Assembly: GCA_018985225.1 (NCBI GenBank)
Contig: JADGIF010000030.1
Coordinates: 1 to 32,000 of the forward strand
DNA length: 32,000 bases
DNA from: Amoeboradix gromovi X-113
Taxonomy: Eukaryota; Fungi; Sanchytriomycota
Reading direction: 5' to 3'
In this document: piece by piece, positions 11,026 to 21,566 of the stretch
How positions within the stretch are numbered: position 1 is the first letter of the stretch
Layout of the letters: each line of letters starts with the position of its first letter
The notes under the pieces: model-generated
Told to the model about the DNA's origin: nothing
The model's database searches: none
Seen by the model: only the letters and a program-made list of their open reading frames with translations
Program-made: the position numbers and the translations under genes

Positions 11026-12194
11026 ATGAAACGGCAATCTGCCATAATTAGAAGAATAAATGCTGCTTCTTCGGGCATAAAAAGTTTGTATATTAGCAAA
11101 GCATCATTGACCTCTGAATTTTGTATGCATCAATGCCACCATTTTATGACAATTATTATTACAAATTTGAAAATACTGCTTAGTGCTAGATTCTCTACGT
11201 TACAAAGCATAGCATACTGCTTGTCACTGAGCAAAACAACCAGAATGTTTGGTAGCCGACCCACGCTATCCCATGTAGTTCAAAGCATTTGTGATTTACC
11301 CTTGACTTGTAGATTGTTTGAAGTAGCTCATTTATGCAAAGATTCGGGACACTACGGTGAATTTGAATTAGTATTATTGGAAATTAAATCAAGAGCTTTA
11401 AATGAATACTTGTATAATGTAGCAAAATCCTATTTTGAGCGTTGGGAAATACCGAACTTGATAGAGGAAATGATTTATGAGGAAGGCATTGTCGAAAGCG
11501 TACTCGATAAGTTATTTACGCACGAAGACAATGTTCCCTGGAAGTTAGAATATTTCATAAATATTTTAATTCATAATGATCACACAGCATATTCGGATTT
11601 GTTAGTAAATTACATTGATCAATGCAATGAGCTTGATATGATTTCGATGCATCAAAATATTGAACTGTTAATTCTAAAGACTTTGAAATTGAACAGAAAT
11701 CCTGCAACAGTCTTGAAAACCGTATTTTCTTTTTTGCTAAAGAATATTGATTACTCTTCAGAAACTCTTCAGAGCGTGTATGGCTACATAAAAGCTGTAG
11801 AATGCAAGTATGGTTACTCTGAAATTCTCGAGTTTCTCAAGACTTTTAAGACAGGAATGCCTAAGTCAATGCTACTGTTTTTTGAAAGCAGTTTGAATTC
11901 TAAATACAGTGAAAACGTATGTTATAGAGATCACCCTCATTTTTTATTATTGTTAGATGAAAGTATGATTGAGATAATGGGGGAAACATGACAAATCTAA
12001 GAGAGATGAAGGCTTTTGTAAAACTGATACAGAATGTTGAAACTAAAAATATCATACCACTAATATCCTTGTCGCATGGGTATTCAGATAAAACTTTAAA
12101 AGAAGAACATTTGTTGCAGGAGGAATACAAAAATAACAACAGCGAAAAAATTAACGCATTAGAGCACTGCAGTGCTCCTGTATTTCGTAAATAA
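11026..12194 (+). CDS. hypothetical protein, apparently split (11026-11991 and 11988-12194)
   Basis: Two abutting same-strand ORFs; the junction lies near a G5 run; no fitting short intron found. Confidence 0.5.
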
Positions 12195-12207
12195 ACTTGT
12201 TTATTAG

Positions 12208-12789
12208 TTACAATATCTTTTTAGATTTCCACTTATAGCATTTTGGAAGGAAAACATCGTCAATGTAAAACATGATTTTATCTGAGTTAATAACAAGTTG
12301 CAGTCTCTCCAACTTGCATTTATCCGAAGGATTGTCATAATATTTGATCTTTCTACCATTGCCTCGCGTGCATTTTCTCATCAATTTGCCTTTCAATGTA
12401 ATTCTATATCCCAGATTTGCAAGGGTTTGAAGTGAGATGTAATACTCATCACATGTATAGAGGGTATTGTTAACAATTTTAAAGTTCTCAAATTCTTTGT
12501 TGATTATTATGTTGATAAGGGAAGATCCCAAATGGGCCATTTAGCTGACCTCAAATTTCATATTTTATACTAATACATGTCTATAAAACTCACCTTCAAA
12601 ACGATCACCAGTGTAAATCAAGTTGATACACACTCTATAAAAGCAAGGCAATGTCTTTAAAGCTCTCTCTATCATCACATTTACATTGGTAGTGTACATC
12701 CCCTCTCCTGAACATTTGGGTTTTGATAATTTTAGTCTTAATGTGATAGTCTGACGTGATTAATGTAAAAGCTTTGGACACTTTTTCAT
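12208..12789 (-). pseudogene. broken ORF of unknown, possibly mobile-element/viral origin
   Basis: 110-aa ORF plus upstream stop-interrupted frames; IKYYDNPS...ERLQLVI loosely resembles a motif of Polinton-associated proteins. Confidence 0.25.
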
Positions 12790-12865
12790 TGGCCTGACTT
12801 AAATGATAATTTTTCTTTTTATTTTTGTAATCCCCTTTATCCCGCCAGTCTACCTTTTACAGAGC

Positions 12866-13810
12866 ATGGCCCAACTGCTTTACAAAGATTTTTTGGAGTC
12901 TTTAACAACGATGGCGATAAATGATAGATTTCAGATACATTCATTTACTATGATCGCAAGTGACTACAAACAGTTCCACGAAACCATTATTGAAGCATTT
13001 GATTCTGCTTTTCCAATCTCAGTAAACACCGAATTAGTTCTACTTGTGCTGGATAGCATACTTAAGCACGCCGGTAGTGAGTATGTAATCAAATCAGAAC
13101 CGTTAATTTTAAAATGGCTTCAGTTTGTCAAAAAAGGCAAATTAGTTCCCAAAGTCATTGAGACTTGGATTAAACTTCCTAAATCTAAATCCGCACCCTC
13201 TCCTGGTCCACTTTTTCCTAACATTGTCGATAGACTAGTTTTGTTTCTCAAGGAATATGACCATTCTGTAAATCTAAATTCTGAAATTCTACTTTCCATT
13301 GATGATTTTGCTTCTAATACCAACACCAAACCTTTCCAAATAAGAGACTATATTAACTTTTACTTTAATCAGATTCCTGACAAGTGCCAGCAGTGCGGTA
13401 TGAGGTTTATTGAGGAATCTAGATTTATACCTCATTTGGATGTTCACTATCGTGCCAACAGAAGGAAACAAGAAATGGCAATCCAGATTAGGCGTGGATG
13501 GTGGACCACTATTCATGAATGGATTAATCCTGTCACAATTGAGGATATCCAACAACAGGAAAACGATGATGCCAACAACAATAGCAATAACAATAGCAAG
13601 ACACAACAGGAGAAACCCAAAGAAGTCAAGTACTGCTCTGTGCCTTCTAATCGCAAGGAAGTCTTCTGCTTCATTTGCACTGAGAAATTTGATAAATTCT
13701 TCAATGACGAAGAGGAGGAATGGATGTTGAAGAATTGTCAACTAGTTGACAACGAATATTACCATCCAGCATGTCTTCAAAGTCGCAAAAAACGGAAAAT
13801 CCAGCAGTAA
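12866..13810 (+). CDS. PCF11: cleavage/polyadenylation factor Pcf11 (CID plus two zinc fingers)
   Basis: N-terminal CID (LVLDSILK), C..CG.RF...HLD.HYR.N, R.WW...EW, C.IC.EKF..FF.DEEEEW.LKN, YHP.C. Confidence 0.93.
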   Translation: MAQLLYKDFLESLTTMAINDRFQIHSFTMIASDYKQFHETIIEAFDSAFPISVNTELVLLVLDSILKHAGSEYVIKSEPLILKWLQFVKKGKLVPKVIETWIKLPKSKSAPSPGPLFPNIVDRLVLFLKEYDHSVNLNSEILLSIDDFASNTNTKPFQIRDYINFYFNQIPDKCQQCGMRFIEESRFIPHLDVHYRANRRKQEMAIQIRRGWWTTIHEWINPVTIEDIQQQENDDANNNSNNNSKTQQEKPKEVKYCSVPSNRKEVFCFICTEKFDKFFNDEEEEWMLKNCQLVDNEYYHPACLQSRKKRKIQQ

Positions 13811-13832
13811 AATTGTAATAAATCACTTTTAT

Positions 13833-15989
13833 TTAATCCTCGGCTTCGTTTATTGGTGATGCCGATCTTGGGGAATGGTGTTTACTTAGTTTACCAAATG
13901 CAAGATAATCAGACGTCATCTCGGGAACATTAATCTCTACATTTATTGAACAGCAGTCTATTATATTATGAGATACTTCATCAATTCCCAACTGCGTAAA
14001 GGGAATGTTTACGTTCGCCAAGTGACCATCTAAAATCAAAGGATGGGGCCTTTTGACTATACCAAGTACTAAGCAGAGCTCATCAACCAGTGTCGTGTAT
14101 CTATACAATATTCTTAGATTGGGAACGTTGCTCTTCAATATATCATTTCCACTGACACCACACTTTGTAAAATTAGGGCCCAACCAGAATTGTTTTAGCT
14201 TGCGCTCCCAACCGCATTGAAGCACAGAGTTCCTAGCTAATTCGCACATGTCTGTGCCTGATAGCTTATAAATCTGGGCAGCGACAGAGTACTCCTCGAT
14301 CAAGGGCTCTCGGGTAAAATGAAATTGTAGCGGATCATCGGTGCTTAAAGATACATTCAGACCTCTGTTGTAATAGATAGGAAAGGGATTGCGCTCGTAA
14401 CTAAGAAACAAAGCGTTATTACTCAATGGACTCATTGCAATGCCAATTTGATGCAGATAATACAAATACTGCAGTGCAGGCACTTTGCGTAGCAGAATTC
14501 CATGGCTAATACCATAACTGGTTAAGAATGCACTAGCCAAGTGCTCTGTGTCACCGGCCTCTCCGCTATGAGGTCTGAGGACAAAAGTATTTAAATTACG
14601 CTCTTTTCTAAGTTGGTTTAAAGTAGAAATATTAGCATACATGTAATAAAGATAATAAGAGTAAGGCGGGTTATCATGCGACCATTCTTGAGGTAACGGA
14701 TATTTCCTAAAAGTCCTTTTCTCGATTTTCGATTCATCATCAACAGAGTCAAATCCAACAACACGCTGTAGGAATACATAAAGCTCCATGTTGGACTCAG
14801 GGTTAATGGTAACTTTGAAAAGTGGTTCAAACAAATTATCAAGGAATTCAGCAAAGTTTTTGACCAAATTCTTTTCCTTGTATAAGTTGTATAGCCTTGG
14901 CACTTGAATCAGCCATCTGATGTTGTTACTGAATATCTTGTTGTCTACTACCCATTTAGCAATTCCTGTCCATTCTAGTTTATTTCTCCCATAAATAGAA
15001 ATCCTATACTCGGCCATTTGATATTTACTTTGCTCCAAGTCAGAACAGACCTCTTTAACTAGTTCGGCCATGTACCTGCCCTTGATGTGGTTATCGGTTT
15101 TCAAGAATATCTCCCTTAATCTCGACTCTCCCATTGGATTATACTTAAGATTGAACCTATCAAATCTATGAAAAGAGTCTTTATGGGCGTGCATGTCCAG
15201 TGTATCAATGCTCAGGTCATACGCTTGCAGTCCTAGAGATTGGAATACCTCGTTCAAAGTAAGATATTGAGCATCACGGTAAATAACAATTTCATCAGGG
15301 CATTTCTTAATTTTGGACTTGATAAACCGCAACAGATGCTTCTGGTTCATAGACGATGCCAAATGAATGTGCGTATCAATCTTACGGACATTATAAAAGT
15401 CACGATGACTGTTTGATTTAGTTTCACTGATCTCTATATTCTCATTAACAAGTGAGTACATTTGATATTTAGCTTCCAAATATCTTAATCTTCTAAATGC
15501 AAATGTTTTTGTGGGTCCATCGCTGATAAAATCAATCAGAAAATCCAAATCTCTGTAATATTCACCCAATGATTTGACGATCGTAAGGCGCTTGTCATTG
15601 CGAAAGTAGTGAAATACACCATCAATCATTTTATAACTCACAGCATCATCAGCAGGTGGGAATTTCACATCGTTCAGGTTGAATTCCATTGGCACAGAGA
15701 TTTCAATTCTTTCTTTTCCGATATAGCTAGGTGCCGGAGGATGCGGATAAATATCCCAGTCGGAACTATTCTTTGGATTGTCCTTATCTCTTTGGCGTGA
15801 TTCAAGAATATTATTACTACGAATAGATAAGCATTTCTTGAAATTCGCCATGATATCTCTTTCTGCTTCTGTCAACATGAAATTATATTTTATCTCTTGA
15901 TCTTGACGATATGAATAGTAAGGGTTTTTGTTTGCGTTAATGTTTTGACCATCTTCTGGAGATTCCATGATATCTTCGATGCGCTCCAT
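13833..15989 (-). CDS. AMD1: AMP deaminase
   Basis: HRDFYNVRK.DTHIH, GFDSVDDESK, RPHSGEAG, SLSTDDPLQFH. Confidence 0.98.
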   Translation of the reverse strand: MERIEDIMESPEDGQNINANKNPYYSYRQDQEIKYNFMLTEAERDIMANFKKCLSIRSNNILESRQRDKDNPKNSSDWDIYPHPPAPSYIGKERIEISVPMEFNLNDVKFPPADDAVSYKMIDGVFHYFRNDKRLTIVKSLGEYYRDLDFLIDFISDGPTKTFAFRRLRYLEAKYQMYSLVNENIEISETKSNSHRDFYNVRKIDTHIHLASSMNQKHLLRFIKSKIKKCPDEIVIYRDAQYLTLNEVFQSLGLQAYDLSIDTLDMHAHKDSFHRFDRFNLKYNPMGESRLREIFLKTDNHIKGRYMAELVKEVCSDLEQSKYQMAEYRISIYGRNKLEWTGIAKWVVDNKIFSNNIRWLIQVPRLYNLYKEKNLVKNFAEFLDNLFEPLFKVTINPESNMELYVFLQRVVGFDSVDDESKIEKRTFRKYPLPQEWSHDNPPYSYYLYYMYANISTLNQLRKERNLNTFVLRPHSGEAGDTEHLASAFLTSYGISHGILLRKVPALQYLYYLHQIGIAMSPLSNNALFLSYERNPFPIYYNRGLNVSLSTDDPLQFHFTREPLIEEYSVAAQIYKLSGTDMCELARNSVLQCGWERKLKQFWLGPNFTKCGVSGNDILKSNVPNLRILYRYTTLVDELCLVLGIVKRPHPLILDGHLANVNIPFTQLGIDEVSHNIIDCCSINVEINVPEMTSDYLAFGKLSKHHSPRSASPINEAED

Positions 15990-16037
15990 AATTCTATGTT
16001 ACAAATGAATGGGGAAATCGGATTAATACTTTATTTA

Positions 16038-16583
16038 TTAATTTTGCAATTTAAAATAGGATCTTATTGGTAAGCTTTTTAGTGGGAATAATATCTGATC
16101 AATTTTGGTATCCAAGTCTCTCAACTGAGTGTCATAATCGTATTCCATCTTTCTGCATATTTTTGGTTGAACATTACCTTTATTTCTAATTGCATCGGCT
16201 TCCATGGCTTTCCTTACAAACATTGACCTTTGTTCTTCTTCTGACTTAATGCTAAAAGAATTGTTTTCGTATTTCTCATTCATTACAACTGACTTCCATA
16301 GCTCTTTTTTGTTCGGAGCTTCCAAGACTCCCCACAAATAATTGCGTTTCTTTTTTAGCTCGAAAGAAAGAATACCAGAGCTTTTACTAATAACTGACAA
16401 TTTCTCAACTATTGGCTCTAAAAATAACACATAAAAATGTGTTTGCCCATCGTAAACCTTCAAATGGGAGTCAAATAAATGAATTCTAGAATTCCATGAA
16501 GCGTTTAACTCCAAAAATACACGCTCTTCATTTTCTGACCATGATTTTAACATAATTTGAAACGTACAAAAAGTTGACACCAT
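16038..16583 (-). CDS. CS/p23-domain protein, DNAAF4 (DYX1C1)-like, no TPR domain
   Basis: SW.E....V.L, LKV, G.L.F.LKKK...W..L (CS fold) followed by a charged coiled segment; start may be 16553. Confidence 0.5.
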   Translation of the reverse strand: MVSTFCTFQIMLKSWSENEERVFLELNASWNSRIHLFDSHLKVYDGQTHFYVLFLEPIVEKLSVISKSSGILSFELKKKRNYLWGVLEAPNKKELWKSVVMNEKYENNSFSIKSEEEQRSMFVRKAMEADAIRNKGNVQPKICRKMEYDYDTQLRDLDTKIDQILFPLKSLPIRSYFKLQN

Positions 16584-17146
16584 TAATATAATAACTTAAA
16601 CAAGTACTAAAACTGATTGTGCTCAAGTGCGGTGGACTTGGATTCTTTGGCTGATGATGCATAGTATGTAAAACTAAACCAAGTACTTGCAACTAAAGAT
16701 ATCGCAAGATTAATAACAATAAATTTATTTACAAGTTTGTCAGACAGTTAGGATGCTTCTGATGTACATGCTCAGCCTACTTTTTGGAAAAACAATGAAG
16801 AAGATTAGTTGTTAATATGGCAAACGATAGCTGTGCGGGACATAAGGAAAGTTATTCGAAAGCAAAAGTGAGTGATAAAAAATGGCTTATCATGGGAATG
16901 CACGTTGTAGACACAGTCACAGAGATCCAAGATTATGCCATTTGGTGCGGTGATGTTTCCACAGATGTGAAAGCGTTTATCAACCATCTTCAATTCACTG
17001 AATGTCTTCTAACAAATGGTGAAAGACAGAGAAAATGATGGCGTAAATACTTTGCTCATTCCTTATGTGATGAATTTTGCGGTAACTCTGTAAAATTGGT
17101 TGGAGTATTAGTCTCTAAACTGAAAATTTGAGGAGTAAATTTGGAG

Positions 17147-18163
17147 ATGGCATTCGAAGAATTTACATCTTTAGTAAACTTCAGATACAGAGTTGTACTG
17201 TCTACCTTATTACAAAGACCAATAGTTTTCAAAGCACAATTGCAAGATCATCATTTGAGTTTCCTGAGATTAGTTGGCAAGTTATGTGATGGATCTACCT
17301 CTCAAGTGACACATGACCAATGCGTATTTAAACCTGGACTAGTGACTGGAGGTGAGATTAAATTTAATTGTGTGAAGGACTGCTGCTGGTACCTTTTACC
17401 TTTGCTGCCGTTATTTCTATTTTTGAAAAAGCCTCTGGAGTTAAATATATCTGGTCAAACTGATGGAGTATGCACCTTGGAAATCATAAAGGAGCATGCA
17501 ATACCTTTTTTAAAAAACTATGGTGCTAATGTTGACGGTGTAGACTTTGTTTTCCATTCAAGAGGATATTTTAAAGGTACTACTGGATCCGCTACGTTAA
17601 AATGGCCACTTTCTGCTACTGTTAAAGTTTTAAATCCTTACATAATGTCTAAGTGTGGTAAAGTAATAAAAATAAGGGGAACAACCACAGGAACAAAATG
17701 CCCTCCTGCAACGTTGAACACTATTATAGGTACTTCTCGTAAAATATTCTCAGAATTCATTCCTGACGTATATGTGTACTCTATTTTTTCACAGGGCAGC
17801 CATCCAGGATATTTGTTGAGCATGATTGCGCACACAACTACTGAGCTAACATACGCCGCATGTTCAGTTGGTCAGGCTAGAGTGAACCCATCCGACATTG
17901 CTAATAAATGTTGTGAAAATTTATTTAGAACAATAAAGACTTCGTATTTAGATCCCCACCTACAAATTCCAGCACTGTTATTAGCCTCCTGTTGCGAATA
18001 CACATGTACTATAATGGTTAAAAAGCAATCTAGAGGCACATGGCAGTTTATTGAAGATCTAGAACGAATGACTAACAAAAAGGTTTTAATAAATGGAGAA
18101 GCTCCATTTGAGATTAAGTTATCTGGAATTCCATTGAAGAATATCAATAGAGAAATAAAATAA
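17147..18163 (+). CDS. RCL1: RNA 3'-terminal phosphate cyclase-like protein Rcl1
   Basis: FRYRVVLSTL..RPI, F.PG...GG, RGY...G, KIRG, FIPDVY, PGY. Confidence 0.9.
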   Translation: MAFEEFTSLVNFRYRVVLSTLLQRPIVFKAQLQDHHLSFLRLVGKLCDGSTSQVTHDQCVFKPGLVTGGEIKFNCVKDCCWYLLPLLPLFLFLKKPLELNISGQTDGVCTLEIIKEHAIPFLKNYGANVDGVDFVFHSRGYFKGTTGSATLKWPLSATVKVLNPYIMSKCGKVIKIRGTTTGTKCPPATLNTIIGTSRKIFSEFIPDVYVYSIFSQGSHPGYLLSMIAHTTTELTYAACSVGQARVNPSDIANKCCENLFRTIKTSYLDPHLQIPALLLASCCEYTCTIMVKKQSRGTWQFIEDLERMTNKKVLINGEAPFEIKLSGIPLKNINREIK

Positions 18164-18620
18164 AACCCCTTCTCATTCTGAATTTATATTTAGCGTCTCT
18201 TGCAACTTAAGTTTTAGATAAATAGTAATATACTTCATATTATATCTCAATTTCTTGCTATCGGGATAAGTTCTGCGAATCATAGAGAAATGTGATGCTA
18301 GCATGCATAACTTGAATAAAAATTGCACTTTTTTATGAATGAACAAGAACCAGTAGTAATACGTATAGAACGAATAGGGACACACACTATTTTTTAGCTA
18401 CCTGAACTTCTCTAAACAACAGTTACCATCTTGTAATAATTCATTTCGGAAATAGCAATCTTATGTATAATATATATAGTATGGACATATTTACCTGTAA
18501 CCATTTAATCACTATAATTGGTGATTTAAATTGAAGCAAATAAAAAGTTCCACAAAACAACCAAATACCCATCAAAAAAGCATATACTTGCAATTGCATA
18601 CTTATAATTATATAGATAAT

Positions 18621-19214
18621 TTATTTACCTTTTTTCATTTCTTTCACGGTATTCCAACTTACAGAGATTCCAGATTTATAATGTGAGACCAAAGCTGCTA
18701 TAGCAGTTAAACCACTACCTGTCAAAACCAGAGCCACTGGAGAAAATGACAACATTTGAATTGTGGCAAATACCCCAACACCAGCAGTAATCCCAAGATA
18801 CAGATTTACTTGTACATCCACAGCTATATTATTTAAAATTACCTCGAAACACAATTTCCTTCCATTGTTTTTCAATTTTTTCAATTCTATCTATATCATA
18901 AGTTGATTCTAAAACAATATGAGAAAGAAGTTGAATACAATATAGACAGAAGTTGAATACAAAAGTGTCTACAATTTAAATAAAATCCATATTTTTCAAT
19001 CGTAAATATTTGAGGTAGATGTAGCAATACACTCTGTTCAATCGCTACAGGAGAAAAGTCATCTATCAAAATAGGTTCTTCGAGATGAGTTATTTCATTT
19101 ATAATAAAACCTGTGCTACTATAATCATATTTGTAATAACGTTTTGAAAGTTCTAATATCAAAGCAGTATGATTTACCTCTGATAATCCAGAGACTACAA
19201 ACCAGATGGGACAT
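18621..19214 (-). pseudogene. PPPDE/DeSI-like permuted papain-fold peptidase with C-terminal hydrophobic segments, frameshifted
   Basis: NHTALIL...Y.Y...G and YLNCRHFC catalytic motifs. A ~22-bp tandem duplication (AGAAGTTGAATACAA twice, 18926-18962) breaks the frame. A 19-nt intron links to the hydrophobic tail. No ATG in the HTAL frame. Confidence 0.6.
18824..18842 (-). other. 19-nt intron GTAATTTTAAATAATATAG
   Basis: GT..AG with the same T(-8)/A(-6)/YAG pattern; joins ...EIVFR to AVDVQVNLYLG. Confidence 0.7.
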
Positions 19215-19349
19215 GCTCTGTAAAAACTAGACTAGGGGTAAAAAGTGGGTGACGAGATAAAGCCAATTAAAGTTGTTTCTTGACAATACTCTGTAAAAAG
19301 TAGACTAGGAGTTGTTTCATTGAATATGCTATGTGAAATATAGTCTAAG
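19208..19349 (+). repeat. three direct copies of the ~29-bp motif GGGACATGCTCTGTAAAAACTAGACTAGG
   Basis: Copies at 19208-19236, 19281-19309 and 19324-19349 (increasingly degenerate); relatives at 24220-24455 and 12845-12872. Confidence 0.75.
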
Positions 19350-19449
19350 AATTCTGAATATTATTAAAAAAATTCGTTGATGATTGATTGGTGCTTCAAT
19401 CATTTATTTACTTTCTTCTATAATTTTTTCGTGAAAATTCAAATCAAAT

Positions 19450-21171
19450 ATGGAGAAAGAAATTGACGAAAAATTTGAAAATAAACCATTTGAGACCATT
19501 TCTAAATCTAAGGCATGGAAGTGTTTTGAAGGAATAAATAATCCTGAGTACGACCTAGATTGCTACTTAATACCTCTTGAATTATGGAAAAATGAAGATG
19601 AGCGACTACTTGGGATTCTAGAATATAAATATGCTTTTAGATCTGTCATTCACTCTGAGAGTATCTTGAAAAAGAATTTCCCTACAAGTTTCCTTAAGGA
19701 TTTGACGTTAGTAACTATTAAAGAAATTGTGAATGCAATCACTGGCTTAATTGTTGTAGACAAAGTGGACTCTTTAAACGACACAATCACATTATCTGAC
19801 TTGGTTATGGAAGACGGTAAAACAGATATAATTGAGGCTGTTGTTGGAGTTGAAGATAACTCATTGACATGCAACTGCAAACATTTTGCAACGCTACGCA
19901 AATTGTCACAAAAGAGGAAAAGATCTAAACTTTCTCATTTCTGCAAACATTGTTTCTTTGTTTCTCATGTCATATTGAAAAGAGACAGTGAACACATTTT
20001 AGACTTTACAGTCCAAGATCTTTCATCATTCTTCATAGTGCATGGCCACTTTGATGTTTATAGTCAAACCAAGAGTGACCAGAGTATTATTGATCTAGTG
20101 TGGTGTCCAGTGTGTGAGCAACTACTTTTAAAATCGAAATTAGAATCTTATAAAGACAACAGTTACTGCGTATTCCATTGCTCTGTCTATTTAAAGACTT
20201 TTATGTATTACAATGAAAAGAAACAGCAAATGGAAAGCAAGGCTTATTTATCTAAATTTCGTCTGTTTAATAATCAATTTATCCAAGATATTTCTAATAT
20301 GGATCCCTTGATGATAAATCACTGGGGTCTATTGCATATTCTTGTTGATATCAAAGATAAAAGCATCATCTTTAATGAAGAGATCTTGAAAGAATGGCAA
20401 CTGTATCTGGATCAATCACCACCAGGTATGGGTGTAAATAACTGCCTTGATGTATTCGTATTTGATAGAGCGTATCTAAACAAGATCGCTACAGAATTGG
20501 TTGATTTTTATGCTAAAACTGAATCATCAGAAGCATTTGAAAACACATTCATCTGGAAATATAGCAAGACAAACAATCAGCCGATTCTAAAAGGCAGATT
20601 CACACAAATCCTGGATACTTGCGATATAACTGATTATGAGTTTGTATTCCATGCAACAAATTTGGAATCAGCTGTCTCCATCTCGGAACGTGTTGAACCA
20701 ATTTCTACAAGAAATGCAACAGACCTGGGTCCCGGCTTTTATTGTGGTACTGACATGAACACATGCATTAGTTATGCACTTTCAAAAGATGGAAGAGTGA
20801 AAGACAAGAAATATGAAAAGGAATATGTTTATGTTGCTGTTGTATGCTTTGCAGTTGAAAAGACTGTGGTCGAATTGGAAATAAATGATGATGATCAATT
20901 GAAACAATTCATTTGGTCTAATAGAATGAGTAACTATGATGGCATGACCTCGGATGATAAAAACAGTTTAAGGTCGTTTAGAGGAAAGAGTATTAAAAGC
21001 AAAACGGGGTTTATTGAGAAATCGGGATCATGGAAAGGAATCAGATTAGATGTCAATAAAATTCAGATTAAATATGATGAAAATCATAACGATCATTTAA
21101 ATAAAGGATTACTTGGTATTTGTATTATTAAAAGAAATTTGAGAGATTACAACAGAGAATTTAAAAACTAA
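19450..21171 (+). CDS. SWIM zinc finger + degenerate RING-like segment + C-terminal ADP-ribosyltransferase-fold (DUF3990-like) protein
   Basis: LTCNCKHF...CKHCFFV (SWIM); WCPVCEQ...CVFHC; VFHATN...DLGPGFYCGTD...YA resembles 'YHGT...DFG.GFY.T'. Confidence 0.65.
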   Translation: MEKEIDEKFENKPFETISKSKAWKCFEGINNPEYDLDCYLIPLELWKNEDERLLGILEYKYAFRSVIHSESILKKNFPTSFLKDLTLVTIKEIVNAITGLIVVDKVDSLNDTITLSDLVMEDGKTDIIEAVVGVEDNSLTCNCKHFATLRKLSQKRKRSKLSHFCKHCFFVSHVILKRDSEHILDFTVQDLSSFFIVHGHFDVYSQTKSDQSIIDLVWCPVCEQLLLKSKLESYKDNSYCVFHCSVYLKTFMYYNEKKQQMESKAYLSKFRLFNNQFIQDISNMDPLMINHWGLLHILVDIKDKSIIFNEEILKEWQLYLDQSPPGMGVNNCLDVFVFDRAYLNKIATELVDFYAKTESSEAFENTFIWKYSKTNNQPILKGRFTQILDTCDITDYEFVFHATNLESAVSISERVEPISTRNATDLGPGFYCGTDMNTCISYALSKDGRVKDKKYEKEYVYVAVVCFAVEKTVVELEINDDDQLKQFIWSNRMSNYDGMTSDDKNSLRSFRGKSIKSKTGFIEKSGSWKGIRLDVNKIQIKYDENHNDHLNKGLLGICIIKRNLRDYNREFKN

Positions 21172-21566
21172 ATACTTCTTGTAGATAACTAATGAAGAGT
21201 TTTTGTATTTTTTAATTGGGTTGGTTTGCTTCCCTTATTTTATTCAGACACAATCCTAGTTGAATAAATTCATTTCTTCACGAGTTGATCAGCTATTTTT
21301 TTGAGTAAAAATAATAGCAATGGAACTAAAGGGACAAAACAACAATGTCATCAACAGTCATGAACACCAGTCAATTTACAACATCTTTAGCTGGTTCCAA
21401 TATTATTGTGAATTGTTAAAATTACAATAATTACAGAGCAGTTATGTTACTCACCATTCTGATCTCTTAATATGCTCAAAAAGTTGTGACCAACTCCTTT
21501 GCTTATATATTCTTTACCATCACCCCAATGAGCTATTGCTCCTATAATAAACATTTACTCGTAAAT

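Noticed and set aside
11891-11909. 19-nt GT..AG segment GTTTGAATTCTAAATACAG
   Set aside because: Lacks the GTA start and T(-8); splicing leads to a stop and does not join the 11988 ORF.
16600-17100. Possible Fanzor C-terminal relic (HGNARCRHSHRD) or small ORFs
   Set aside because: No convincing zinc finger or RuvC pattern; treated as unexplained intergenic DNA.
17121-17129. RRPE-like TGAAAATTT upstream of RCL1
   Set aside because: A single short AT-rich match in an AT-rich genome is not significant alone.
19208-19349. CRISPR-like array
   Set aside because: Only three degenerate units with irregular spacing, no cas genes, eukaryotic context.
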